A stretch of 64,000 nt of DNA, taken from assembly GCA_963727445.1 (NCBI GenBank), contig CAVSGI010000010.1:448001-512000 (forward strand), given 5' to 3'. This stretch comes from an uncultured delta proteobacterium (GTDB taxonomy: Bacteria; Myxococcota_A; Polyangia; Polyangiales; B10-G4). The notes beneath the pieces are model-generated. The model saw only the letters and a list, made by a program, of their open reading frames with translations, had not been told where the DNA came from and ran no database searches. The position numbers and the translations under genes are program-made. Each line of letters starts with the position of its first letter. Position 1 is the stretch's first letter. Positions 53,191 through 63,515 of this stretch are shown piece by piece.

Positions 53191-55284
53191 ATGACCGCGA
53201 GCACCATCCCTCCCAGGGCCGTCTCGGCTGGAAAGCCTTATCCCGTCGGCGCGACGGTGCGCCCCGATGGAGTCCACTTCTCGCTCTACAGTCACGACGC
53301 CACCGCCGTCGAGCTCCTCCTCTTCGACGACCCTGCAGACTCGAAAGCGATTGCGCGTTTCGCGCTCGACCGACAGGAAAACCACACGGCCAACTACTGG
53401 CACTGTTTCGTTCCCGGCATCGGCGCTGGGCAGCTGTACGGCTATCGCGTGTACGGGCCCTACGATCCACCGAAGGGACACCGCTTCGATCCCAGCAAGC
53501 TGCTCGTCGATCCCTACGCCAGAGCGGTCGTCGACGATCACTACGAGCGGGCCGCTGCGCTCCGCCTCGGAGCGAAGAACACGGGGCAGGCGATCAAATC
53601 GGTGGTCGTCGATCCCGACGACTACGACTGGGAGGGCGACGCTCCTCTCAACCGCGAGCTGCGCGGGGGATCGATCTACGAGGCGCACGTCCGTGGCTTC
53701 ACGAGGCACCCGAGCTCTGGCATCGCCCCGGAGCTTCGCGGGACTTACGCCGGCTTCATCGAGAAGATCCCGCATCTGGTCGAGCTCGGGGTCGAGATGG
53801 TGGAGCTCCTCCCGGTTCAGCACTTCGATGCGCAGACCGGACCCCTCGCCCGCCCCGATCTCGTCAACTACTGGGGCTACCAGCCCATCGCGCTCTCCGC
53901 GCCCCACCGGGGCTACAGCGCCGACCGGAGCCTCCTCGGGCCGGTGAACGAGTTTCGAGACCTGGTCAAGGCGCTGCACCGCGCCGGAATCGAGGTGCTG
54001 CTCGACGTCGTGTTCAACCACACGGCGGAGGACAACGAGCATGGGCCCACGCTCTGCTTCAAGGGGATCGACAACCGCGTCTATTATCACCTCGAGACCG
54101 GCGATGAGTCGCGCTACGTCAACGTGAGCGGTGTGGGCAACACGCTCAACGCCAATCACACCATCGTCCGGCGGATGATCCTCGACCATCTCCGCTATTG
54201 GGTCGAGCACATGCACGTCGATGGATTTCGCTTCGACCTCGCGTCAGCGCTCGCGCGCGGCCGCGGCGCTGCGCTGCTGCGCGATCCGCCTCTGCTCCTG
54301 GACATCGACTCCGATCCCATCCTCGCCGACACCAAGATCATCGCCGAGCCCTGGGACGCTTGCGGCCTGTATCAGGTGGGCACCTTCGTCGGCAATCGCT
54401 GGGCGGTCTGGAATGGGCGGTATCGGGACACGGTGCGACGCTTCATGCGTGGCGACGAAGGCCAGGTCTGGGATCTCGCCGACGTCATCAGCGGAAGCGA
54501 GCGCGTCTTCGGTCAGCCTCAGCGCGACCCGTTGCGCAGCGTGAACTTCGTCACGGCTCACGACGGCTTCACGCTGAACGACCTGGTCTCCTATCAGCAC
54601 AAGCACAACGAAGACAACGGTCACGACAACAACGATGGCGCCGACGACGGCGACTCCTGGAACTGCGGAGTCGAGGGCCCAACCGACGACCCCGAGGTCC
54701 TCGCGCTGCGCGCCCGTCAGGTCAGGAACTTCTTCACCATCCTCTTGCTCTCTCAGGGGCGACCGATGATCTCCATGGGCGACGAGCTGCTCCGGACCCA
54801 GCACGGCAACAACAACGCCTACTGTCAGGACAACGAGATCAGCTGGCTCGATTGGCGCCTGGCGAAGGACAATGGCGACGTGCTGCGGTTCGTGAGCTCG
54901 CTCATGCGTCTGCGTCACGAGAGTATCCTCTACGAGGATCGGCTTCTGTGGGCGCTGCCAGGCGGTACCGACATCTTCTGGCACGGAGTTCAGACCGGTA
55001 GGCCCGACTGGGGGCACGGCTCCCGCTCATTGGCCTTCGAGCTGCTCCACCCGGACCACGACGACCGACTCTACGTCGCCATCAACGCATGGGAGGAGCC
55101 GCTCACCTTCGAAGTCCCCACACCACCGCCGGGACAGGACTGGGGGCGCCTGATCGACACCTCTCGGACCTCACCCGAGGATTTCAGGAATCCTCCGGCA
55201 CGGCTCGCCGACGCGTCCTTCCTCACCGTTGGCGCTCACTCCATCGGCGTCCTGCGCACCTGGCGTCCATCGGCTGGGGTTTGA
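53191..55284 (+). CDS. glgX: Glycogen debranching enzyme
   Basis: NYWGY, DVVFNHT, DGFRFDLA, IAEPWD, NFVTAHDGFTL, NNNAYCQDN. Confidence 0.95.
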   Translation: MTASTIPPRAVSAGKPYPVGATVRPDGVHFSLYSHDATAVELLLFDDPADSKAIARFALDRQENHTANYWHCFVPGIGAGQLYGYRVYGPYDPPKGHRFDPSKLLVDPYARAVVDDHYERAAALRLGAKNTGQAIKSVVVDPDDYDWEGDAPLNRELRGGSIYEAHVRGFTRHPSSGIAPELRGTYAGFIEKIPHLVELGVEMVELLPVQHFDAQTGPLARPDLVNYWGYQPIALSAPHRGYSADRSLLGPVNEFRDLVKALHRAGIEVLLDVVFNHTAEDNEHGPTLCFKGIDNRVYYHLETGDESRYVNVSGVGNTLNANHTIVRRMILDHLRYWVEHMHVDGFRFDLASALARGRGAALLRDPPLLLDIDSDPILADTKIIAEPWDACGLYQVGTFVGNRWAVWNGRYRDTVRRFMRGDEGQVWDLADVISGSERVFGQPQRDPLRSVNFVTAHDGFTLNDLVSYQHKHNEDNGHDNNDGADDGDSWNCGVEGPTDDPEVLALRARQVRNFFTILLLSQGRPMISMGDELLRTQHGNNNAYCQDNEISWLDWRLAKDNGDVLRFVSSLMRLRHESILYEDRLLWALPGGTDIFWHGVQTGRPDWGHGSRSLAFELLHPDHDDRLYVAINAWEEPLTFEVPTPPPGQDWGRLIDTSRTSPEDFRNPPARLADASFLTVGAHSIGVLRTWRPSAGV

Positions 55285-55372
55285 GCATGCGGCCGCGAGG
55301 CCGCCGAAGGAACTTCGGGTACCCGCATCGGCTATCAACTCCGGCTCTGCTTCTCGTTCCAGCTCGTCGCGC

Positions 55373-56284
55373 TCAGCGCCGCCGGTTCCAATGCGCTGGC
55401 CCCTTTCGCGGACCGAAGCGCGGCGCCCTGATCCCCGCCATCCGGATCAGACGGATGACGCGCCACCGGTGGCCGGCGTAGGGCGCGAGGAGCTCGAGCA
55501 TGCGGGCGTCGTCGGCGCGCGCTTCGCCGGCGAGAGCCCAGGCGACGTAGCTCGGGAGGTGGTAGTCGCCGGTGGGGACGGCGTCCGGGTCGCCGAGGCC
55601 GATGCCGGCGACGAGGCCCGCGGTCCAAGGACCGATGCCCGCGATCGACGACAGGCGCCTCACCGCTTCGCCGGGTTCGAGCTCGGCGAGCGCCGCGATG
55701 CGCTTGGGGCGTGAGGCGACATAGCGCAGGACGTCCGCGCGGCGCTTCTCGATGCCCAGGGGATGGAGGGTGTAGTAGGGCGCGTCGGCGAGAGCCTTCG
55801 GTGGCACGGGGAGCGCGAGCCCGTGAGGGCCGGGCGCCGCTTCGGGGTGCTTTCGCCCGAGGGCGCGGAAGGAGTCGATCGCTTCGGCGGTGGTGACGCG
55901 CTGTTGGATGATGGTGATGAGCAGCACCTCCATCAGAGAAGGCGCGCGGCCGATGCGCAGCCCGCGGAAGCGCGCGGCAAGCTCGGCCACGACGGGATCC
56001 GGGGGTCGAAACGCGTCCGGGTCGTCCGCGGCGCCGAGCATCCGAGGCGCAGCTGCGATTGCCTCCTCGGCGCCGTCGCCCCAGGCCGCGACCTCGATCA
56101 CACCGTCGCCGGCTTCCTCGAAGCGAAGGGTCACTGGCCCCGTGAGGAGGCGCGCCGCCTTCATCACCGCGCCCTTTTCGAAGCGCATCGTCGGATCGGC
56201 GCCGCCGAGCTTCCAGGGGCGCAGGGTGCCTGCCAGATCGAAAGGCGAGCCGAGCGCGACGCGCATGCGCGCGGGCTCGCTCAC
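55373..56284 (-). CDS. AlkA-like HhH-GPD DNA glycosylase
   Basis: IIQQRVT, IAGIGPWTA, DAVPTGDYHL; GTGA overlap with the upstream stop. Confidence 0.85.
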   Translation of the reverse strand: MSEPARMRVALGSPFDLAGTLRPWKLGGADPTMRFEKGAVMKAARLLTGPVTLRFEEAGDGVIEVAAWGDGAEEAIAAAPRMLGAADDPDAFRPPDPVVAELAARFRGLRIGRAPSLMEVLLITIIQQRVTTAEAIDSFRALGRKHPEAAPGPHGLALPVPPKALADAPYYTLHPLGIEKRRADVLRYVASRPKRIAALAELEPGEAVRRLSSIAGIGPWTAGLVAGIGLGDPDAVPTGDYHLPSYVAWALAGEARADDARMLELLAPYAGHRWRVIRLIRMAGIRAPRFGPRKGPAHWNRRR

Positions 56285-57441
56285 GTCTGCGCTCGCGGCG
56301 CCGGGGCGCAGGCTTCGACGACCGACGGATCGATCTCGTGGCCGCGGGCGAACATGGCGCGGAGGTCGTCGAGCGGGCTGGTGGAATCGTCGCGGCCGGT
56401 TTCGGACAGAGCGCGGCGGATGAGCTTGCGCTCGCGCCTGTTCACCTTGCCGTCGAGGACCGCGCCGACGGAGAGGACCATCAGCGCCACGGCCTGCTCC
56501 TCGGTGGAGAGGCGCCGGAGCTGGGCCAAGAACTCCCTGGTGTCGTCGAGGGGGGCCTCGGGCGGCTCGCCGACCTGTTTGTGCACCTCCTTCAAGAACC
56601 AGATCAGATTCGGGTGCAGCTCCTGGGTGCGGACGATGTTCGCGGCCACCGCGCGCAGCACGGCCAGCCGCCCCTCGTCGCTGAGCTCGCGATCCTCGAG
56701 CACGATCGAGGCGAAGGCGTTCGCGGCCGAAGGGCCCATCGCGCGGATCCGCGCCTCGCGCATGACCAGGAAGGCCACGACCGCGTTCCAGAGCGCGGTG
56801 ACCGGCACCGCGGTCCACACCAGCGCGGTGCGCAGCGCGGCGCGCCCCGCCGCGCGCCGGATCAACGCCTTCAGGAGGAAGTTGGTGACGCCGACCTTCA
56901 GCTTGTAGAAGATCGCCACGCCGACCAGGAAGAGCTTGTTGCTCTCGCGCAGCGGATCGATGTCGAAGATCGACGTCGCCGGGTTGGGGAGCTCGAGGGC
57001 AGCGCGGGCGAGGGCGGCGGCCACCTCGTCGCGTTCGTCCTCTTCGTCTTCGAAGAGGCTGAGCCCCGCGGCGCGCGACAGGTCGTGTACCGAACGCAGC
57101 GCGTCCCAGTAGAGAAAGCCGATCTCGAAGACGGTGGCGACGCCCGCGATGCCGAAGGCCATCGAATAGAACTGCGCCCGCATGGCGAAGGTGGCGTGAT
57201 CCGGGTCGGGGCCGAGGAGGGGGCTCGCCAGCACCTCGGCGAGGGCGGCGATGAAGCCGGAGGCGGCGCCGATGAGCGCGGCCCGGGTCACGGTCCAGCG
57301 TTGAATGGAGCGGAGCTCGCGTAGCTCCCGCGGGTTCAGGAAGTGGATGTCGTCGTCGGCGACGACGGGCGGGAGCTTCGAGGCGCGGCGCTCGAAGTAG
57401 GCGAGCCCGAAGCGCTCGAGAAACGGCCGCTCTTCGCTCAT
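56281..57441 (-). CDS. Hypothetical membrane protein with a TerB-like C-terminus
   Basis: TM segments; AVLDGKVNRRE. Confidence 0.7.
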   Translation of the reverse strand: MSEERPFLERFGLAYFERRASKLPPVVADDDIHFLNPRELRELRSIQRWTVTRAALIGAASGFIAALAEVLASPLLGPDPDHATFAMRAQFYSMAFGIAGVATVFEIGFLYWDALRSVHDLSRAAGLSLFEDEEDERDEVAAALARAALELPNPATSIFDIDPLRESNKLFLVGVAIFYKLKVGVTNFLLKALIRRAAGRAALRTALVWTAVPVTALWNAVVAFLVMREARIRAMGPSAANAFASIVLEDRELSDEGRLAVLRAVAANIVRTQELHPNLIWFLKEVHKQVGEPPEAPLDDTREFLAQLRRLSTEEQAVALMVLSVGAVLDGKVNRRERKLIRRALSETGRDDSTSPLDDLRAMFARGHEIDPSVVEACAPAPRAQT

Positions 57442-57451
57442 CGCCGGGTCG

Positions 57452-57742
57452 TCAGGTCCAATCGACTTCCTGGATGACCTTCGCCAGGGCCACGTCCTGG
57501 TCCGTGACCTTTCCGCCCGCATCGTGGGTGTTCAGCGCGATCTTCACCGTGCTGTAGACGTTGAAGATCTCGGGGTGGTGGTTCGCTTCCTCGGCGTGGA
57601 GCCCGATGCGGACGATGAAGCTGAGCGCCTCCTTGAACGAGCCGAAGTGGAGCTCGCGGTGGAGCTTGTCGCCTTCGAAGCTCCAGCCCGGGAGGCTCTC
57701 GAGTGCTTTGTCGATCTCTTCGCGGCTGAGGGGCTCGGACAT
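57452..57742 (-). CDS. phhB: Pterin-4-alpha-carbinolamine dehydratase
   Basis: AEEANHHPE, THDAGG, DVALA. Confidence 0.92.
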   Translation of the reverse strand: MSEPLSREEIDKALESLPGWSFEGDKLHRELHFGSFKEALSFIVRIGLHAEEANHHPEIFNVYSTVKIALNTHDAGGKVTDQDVALAKVIQEVDWT

Positions 57743-57826
57743 GCCGCGAGGATACACGAGACGGAAAAGGTGAAGAGCGCCGATGCGAGGGCAACGGCGC
57801 TCTTTGGGGGAGGGGCAGGGTGCGCG

Positions 57827-58660
57827 TCAGACGCTGTAGGGGAAAGAGATCTCGAAGCGCTCGCGCGCGAAGCGGGGGAAGTGCGCCGTTCGAACGACGC
57901 GTGCCGCGCAGGTGCCCGCGGCGGTGCCGGCGAAGTCGCCGCGGACGCTCACCGAGGTGACGCGGCCGGTCGCGCCGTCGACGACGAGGCGGGTGTCGAC
58001 GACGCCGTCCGCGCCCTCGGTGCACATCCGGATCTCGCCCTCGAGGGAGCGCAGCGTCGTGAGGACCTGGCTGCGCGTGGGCGTTTCAGGGAGGCTCTCG
58101 GTGGGGGTCATCACCGGCTGAGCAGGGGCGCCTCCGAGGGCGCTGTCGAGGAGGTCGTCGATGGAGCGCTCCATCGCCTGGGGAGCGTCCTGTCCACCGG
58201 TGTCCCAACGCTGCGCGGGCGCCGAGGGAGCGGTCGGCGTGGTGGGGGTCGTCTCCGCCGGGGTCGCGCCCGCGGCGGGGCGGGGACGGCGCGCGGGGGC
58301 GCGGCGGGTGGGCGTCACCTCCGCGACAGCGTCGGTGCTCGTCTCAGTGGCGGGGACGACCGAATCGGTCACCGGGACGGCCTCGGTGATTGGAAGAGGG
58401 TCAGCGACCGGAGGCGACGCCGCGGGCGCCGGATTGGTCACGGCGGCCGTGGCGACCGGAGCCGCGGCGCTGTCCATCACCCGATCCGCTGCGAAGGCCA
58501 CCGCCGCGCCGCTCAGGAAGAGCGCGAGCATGACGACCATCGACGGCGGGACGCGCCGCTCGGCGCGAACCCTCGGACCGAGGTCGAAGGGAACACCGAC
58601 GGAGAGGACTTCGTCCGCGATCTCCTCGCGGAGCTTTTGCGTTGAATGGGCCATACCCAT
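57827..58660 (-). CDS. Membrane-anchored protein with Pro-rich linker and a TonB-C/AgmX-like C-terminal domain
   Basis: TM helix, P/T/A-rich linker, C...GRVTSV...C...FPRF...FPY. Confidence 0.65.
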   Translation of the reverse strand: MGMAHSTQKLREEIADEVLSVGVPFDLGPRVRAERRVPPSMVVMLALFLSGAAVAFAADRVMDSAAAPVATAAVTNPAPAASPPVADPLPITEAVPVTDSVVPATETSTDAVAEVTPTRRAPARRPRPAAGATPAETTPTTPTAPSAPAQRWDTGGQDAPQAMERSIDDLLDSALGGAPAQPVMTPTESLPETPTRSQVLTTLRSLEGEIRMCTEGADGVVDTRLVVDGATGRVTSVSVRGDFAGTAAGTCAARVVRTAHFPRFARERFEISFPYSV

Positions 58661-58698
58661 TCGGACGGGGCATTTCTTGCGGAAGCCTTACGACGCCT

Positions 58699-60283
58699 TC
58701 AGGTCGGTGCCGCCACCGCCAGAGGCGGCCTCCGGGCCGGCGGCAGGTGGTCGCGCAGGTCGGCGAGGAGCTCCTCGCGGAGCTTCTGCCGCTCGGGGTC
58801 GCGCCAGAGGTTCACCATCTGAAGGGGGTCCTCGTTCAGGTCGTAGAGCTCGCCCTCGGTTCCGTCGTACTCGGGAACCTCGGTGCCGTGTCCCCAGATG
58901 GACCAGTAGAAGCGGAAGGCCCCGCCGCGATCGCGCGTTCGCTTTTCGTATGCGGTGCAGATGTAGCCGTCGCGATAGATGGTGCGCAGGTGCATCCCCA
59001 CCGAGCGCGAACTGGCTGTCGAAGGTGGTGATCGATCCGTTCGCGATCCGAGCCGGGCTCCGTGGGCAAGCGGCGCGCCCTGCATCGCGGAGGGGACGGG
59101 CACCCCGGCGATGCGCGCAGAAGGTCGGCGCGAGGTCGACGTGTCCCACGGGTTCTGCGATCCGCGCCGGGGCGATCCCCGCGTTCTTCGCGGGTCGCCA
59201 GATCAGCGGGATCCGCAGGAGCGACTCCACGTGATAGGGCCCCTTGAACATCAGCCCGTAGTCGCCCTGGAGCTCGCCGTGGTCCGAGGTGAAGAAGACG
59301 TCGGTGTCCTCGAGGGCGCCCGCCGACTCGAGGAACGCCATGACGCGGCCCACCGCCTCGTCGATGAGCTCGTTCTCCACGTGGATCATCGCGTTGATCT
59401 CGCGCACCTGATCGTGGGTCATCCGTCCGGGGACGAAGCGCGTCGGCCCTCCCTCGGGGTTGCGGAAGCGGCCCTGGTACCACGCCAGCCAGTGCGCAGG
59501 CCTGTCGCCGAGGATCTGCTCGATGGCCTCGCTGTCGCCCGGGTGACGCTCCGGCAGTGGGAGGTCGCGCCAGTCGACGCGCTTCTTCACCTCGTCGTAG
59601 GGCGGGTCGAAGGGTGATGGGGATCGGGGAAGCTCATCCAGCAGAAGAAGGGGTCCCTTCCGTCGAGGCCGCGAAGCCACGCGATGGTGCGGTCCGCGAC
59701 CCAGTCGGTGTGGTACGTGCGCGCGGTCGATCGGGTTGTTCGCCGACCTCGGGCGCGCCGGTGTCTCCGCCGCCCGCGCCGGTCAGGACGCCGGCGAAGC
59801 CGCGGACGTCCTCGGGGTGCTCGCGCCAGAGCCAGCTCCGCGTAGTGGTGACCGCCCATCGGGCCGTGGGTGGCGAGCTCGATGTGCTCGAAGCCGCGCC
59901 AGGGGCCGGTCGAGCCCTCCGACGCGCAGCGGTTCTCGCGGAAGTGCAGGGACGGATCGAGATGCGGCTCGAAGTGGGCTTTGCCGAACAGCGCGGTGCG
60001 GTAGCCGGCGCGCCGGCGGAGGTGGCTGCGCCACGCTCGGCGCGTCCTCGGGCAGCGGGATGCCGTTGGCGATGACGCCGTGGGTGCGCGGGTGCTGGCC
60101 GGTGAGCATCGTCGAGCGCGAGGGCATGCAGACCACGTTGTGGACGTGGGCGCGGGCGTAGAGCAGGCCCGCCTTCGCCAGCACGTCGACGTGCGGCGTC
60201 CGCGCGACGCGGTTGCCCGTGCAGCCGAGCGAGTCGTAGCGCTGCTGGTCGGTCGTGATGAAGAGGATGTTCCGCCGCTTCAT
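58699..60283 (-). pseudogene. Sulfatase interrupted by multiple frameshifts (pseudogene or assembly error)
   Basis: NILFITTDQQR, CMPSR (CxPxR), SFPDPHHP, FTSDHG and GELYDL are spread over three frames. Confidence 0.8.
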
Positions 60284-60489
60284 CGGTCGTCCTCCGCGTC
60301 GTCGCGCAAGCGCCGCGCCCGGCCGAGCGACAGCTCCGCGCGCGCGAAGAGGGCGTCGACCTCGGGTCGGGTGGCCAGGGAGAGGCGCCGGGCGGTGCGC
60401 GAGAGGATGCGCGCGCGAGAGCGCCGGATCACGAAGACACCGCGGAAGGCCCGCGATATCGCCCCGGCGATCGTTCTCTGTGCGTTCAT
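60280..60489 (-). CDS. Small basic protein coupled to the sulfatase
   Basis: ATGA overlap with the sulfatase start; LSLATRPEVDAL. Confidence 0.5.
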   Translation of the reverse strand: MNAQRTIAGAISRAFRGVFVIRRSRARILSRTARRLSLATRPEVDALFARAELSLGRARRLRDDAEDDR

Positions 60490-60570
60490 CGTCCGGGCAA
60501 GGTACCGCGCCGCACCGCCTGTCGGGAAATGGGTTCACGAACGGCGCTCGGCTACGTAGAGTGCCGCGCG

Positions 60571-61803
60571 ATGGCCGGTGGTGGCGGCGGTGATGGCAAG
60601 GGCTGGATCGGGCTCCTCCTGGGGGGAGGAGCGCTGGTCGGCGCCGCGATGGGCGCGGAGGCCGCGGGTCTGGAGCTCGGGGCGTGGATGGCCGGCGCTC
60701 TTCTCGGCCTCGGAGGGCTCCTCGTCGTCTTCGGTTCCTGTGAGGCGATGATCAAGAGCGTCGAGGGCGCCGCCGCACGCCTCGACATGAACGAGTTCGT
60801 GGCGGGGACCATGGCAGGGCTCGCGAGCAACGTCCCCGAGCTCGTCATGCTGGGCTTCGTCCTGGCGGCCAAGCCGCGTATCGGCTTCATCGTCACGCTG
60901 CTCACCCTCCACGTGGGCGCCGCGGCTTTCGGGATCTACAGCGCGCTGTTGCCGCGCGACGCCACCGGGCACGCCACCCTGCCGACCCCCCTGGTCAAGC
61001 TCAGCACCGACCTCTACGCGTGTGCTGCCGGCGTCTTCTTCGTGACCGGGAGCGTGATGGTGCTGATGAACGTCTTCGAGGCGGGCGATCATCGCGGAGA
61101 AGCGCTCGGCGCATGGGACCTCTACGTCCTCGGCGCGCTCTTGCTGATGGTGGAGGTCGTCGCCGTCGTCCGCCTGGTGAAGCGCTTCTCGGGCGCGGAG
61201 GAGCTACCCTCCGAGGCGCGTCCCCCGCGCGAGGGAGCGGAGCCCCACGAGCCCTGGGCCACCAAGGACGAGCCTGAGGCGGAGGAAACGAAGCCGCCAC
61301 CGTCATGGGCGATGGTCGGCTTCTACGGCCTGTTGGGCATCGCTACCAGCGTCCTCGGCGGCCACGCCGTCGGAGACTTCGCGGACATCCTCGTCGGCAG
61401 TCTCACTGCCGCCGGCTATCCCGAGATGATCGGCGCGATCATCCTGAGCGTCTTCGCCGCCTCGGGCGCCTTCGTGATGGTCATCAGCGCACACATGAAA
61501 GGGATGTACGACATCGCGCTGGCGAGCGCCTCGGGGCAGGTGAATCAGGTGCCCTTCGTCGTCATGCCGGTCGCCCTCATCCTGCTCGCGGTCTTTGGTC
61601 AGACGGGTGTCATCCCCCAGACGCCGCACGGGGGCGTACTCCCCATCGACCTCGAGACCACGAGCGTGGTGCTCCTCGGCTTCCCTTCCTTCGTGCTGCT
61701 GTGGAAGGCGATCCAGGACGATGGAGCGGTGAACTGGGTCGAATCCGCGACGATGATCGCGATATTCGGCCTGGTCATCTATTTCCTCGCCGTTCACGGA
61801 TGA
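60571..61803 (+). CDS. Ca2+/cation antiporter (CaCA/CAX-like)
   Basis: About 11 TM segments; GLASNVPEL alpha-1-like repeat; DGAVNWVES. Confidence 0.7.
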   Translation: MAGGGGGDGKGWIGLLLGGGALVGAAMGAEAAGLELGAWMAGALLGLGGLLVVFGSCEAMIKSVEGAAARLDMNEFVAGTMAGLASNVPELVMLGFVLAAKPRIGFIVTLLTLHVGAAAFGIYSALLPRDATGHATLPTPLVKLSTDLYACAAGVFFVTGSVMVLMNVFEAGDHRGEALGAWDLYVLGALLLMVEVVAVVRLVKRFSGAEELPSEARPPREGAEPHEPWATKDEPEAEETKPPPSWAMVGFYGLLGIATSVLGGHAVGDFADILVGSLTAAGYPEMIGAIILSVFAASGAFVMVISAHMKGMYDIALASASGQVNQVPFVVMPVALILLAVFGQTGVIPQTPHGGVLPIDLETTSVVLLGFPSFVLLWKAIQDDGAVNWVESATMIAIFGLVIYFLAVHG

Positions 61804-61835
61804 CGGAATTGCGCGATTCCGGCATCCTTTAGGGG

Positions 61836-63515
61836 ATGCGTCCAGGGTGGTACGGCGCGTTTCTCGTGAGCATCCTCGGATGCAACGGGATGATCTCGGA
61901 CCCTGGGGTGGCGCCCGGCGGGCCGGGTGGACCCGGGCCTGGGCCAGGGGTCGATGGGCTCTGTCCGGAGATCGGTGATCAGCCGCTCCGGCGCCTGTCC
62001 TCCAGACAGTGGGAGAACACCGTTCGCGATCTCTTTCCGGGCACTCTCGGGGCGACGCTGGTGGAGATGAACACCTTCCCCGAGACGGTGATCGACTCGG
62101 GCTTCGACAGCGACGCCCTCGCCAACACGGTGAACACCGCGGAGTCGAACGCCATCGAAGACAACGCCGAGGTCCTGGCCGAGCTCCTCCTTTCGAACGC
62201 GGCCACCTACGTGCCCGAGACCATGCCCTGTGTCGACGCGGGCTACACGGACGCGGACATCGACGCCTGCATCGACACCTTCATCGACGAGCTCGGCTTT
62301 CGGGTGAACCGCCGGCCCCTCACCGCGGGCGAGCACGACGTGGCGCGTGCGCTCTACGACGAGATCCGCTCGCTTCAGGGCGCGGAGGAGGGGTGGTCCA
62401 CCGTGATCCAGCTCTACCTCCAATCGCCGGCGCTCCTGTACCGGACGGAGCGCGGCGCCGGCGCGGCCGAAGGGGCGCCGGATCTGACGATCCTCTCGCA
62501 CTACGAGATGGCCTCGCGCCTGAGCTACTTCTTCTGGAACTCGATGCCGGACGACGTGCTCTTCGATGCGGCGGCGGCGGGCGAGCTCGGGACCCGCGAG
62601 GAGATCGAGGCGCAGGCGCGGCGGCTCCTCGACGATCCGCGCTCGATGGAAGCGGTGGAGCGCTTCCACGTGGAGTGGCTGAAGATCTACACGCTCGACG
62701 AGGTCACCAAGGACACGGCGGCCTATCCCCGGTGGAACGAGGGCGTGAGGGGCGCGCTTCTGGCCGAGCCGATGGCGATCGTGTCGAACGTCCTCGATTC
62801 GGATGATCCGACCTTCCAGTCGATGATGCTCACCAGCGCCTACCCCGTCGCCCCCGAGCTCGGCGAGATCTACGGCGTGAGCGCCGACGGGAGCGTCGCC
62901 GATCTTCCGGACCGTCACGGCCTGCTCACTTCGGCGGCTTTCGCGGCGACGCACGCGCGCGACGCCAGCACCAATCCGATCGAGCGCGGTGCGTTCATGC
63001 GGCGCGAGATCCTCTGCGCCTTTTTGCCGCCGTTCCCCGGCGACCTCGATACCTCCGGTCCCCTCGAGAGCACGGCAGACGCGCCCACCGCGCGCGAGCG
63101 ACTCGCGCCGCTCCTCAGTCGTCCCGACTGCGCGGCGTGCCATCAGGGCTTCAACCCGATCGGCATGGCCCTCGAGCAGTACGATCCGGTCGGTGCCTTC
63201 CGGCTGACGGAGAACGGCGCCACCATCGATCCCTCGGGTGACATCGCCGTCGGCGACGTGAGCGGCACCTTCGCCGGACCCGAGGAGCTGATGGGCATGG
63301 TCGCGAACAGCGCGGCGGCGCGCGACTGCTACGCGACCCATTGGTTCCGCTTCGCTCAGGGGCGGCGTGAGACGTCCGAGGACGAATGCACGCTCACCGG
63401 CCTTCAGGCACGCTTCGAGGAGATGGGCGGAGACATCCGCGAGCTCATGGTCGCCGTCACCCAGACCGAGGCCTTCCTCTTCCGGCCGACCGTCGCTCCC
63501 GGAGGTGCGCCTTGA
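61836..63515 (+). CDS. DUF1592/DUF1588/DUF1595-domain lipoprotein
   Basis: LRRLS..QWENTVRDL, EMASRLSYFFWNSMPD, TNPIERG, CAACH. Confidence 0.9.
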   Translation: MRPGWYGAFLVSILGCNGMISDPGVAPGGPGGPGPGPGVDGLCPEIGDQPLRRLSSRQWENTVRDLFPGTLGATLVEMNTFPETVIDSGFDSDALANTVNTAESNAIEDNAEVLAELLLSNAATYVPETMPCVDAGYTDADIDACIDTFIDELGFRVNRRPLTAGEHDVARALYDEIRSLQGAEEGWSTVIQLYLQSPALLYRTERGAGAAEGAPDLTILSHYEMASRLSYFFWNSMPDDVLFDAAAAGELGTREEIEAQARRLLDDPRSMEAVERFHVEWLKIYTLDEVTKDTAAYPRWNEGVRGALLAEPMAIVSNVLDSDDPTFQSMMLTSAYPVAPELGEIYGVSADGSVADLPDRHGLLTSAAFAATHARDASTNPIERGAFMRREILCAFLPPFPGDLDTSGPLESTADAPTARERLAPLLSRPDCAACHQGFNPIGMALEQYDPVGAFRLTENGATIDPSGDIAVGDVSGTFAGPEELMGMVANSAAARDCYATHWFRFAQGRRETSEDECTLTGLQARFEEMGGDIRELMVAVTQTEAFLFRPTVAPGGAP

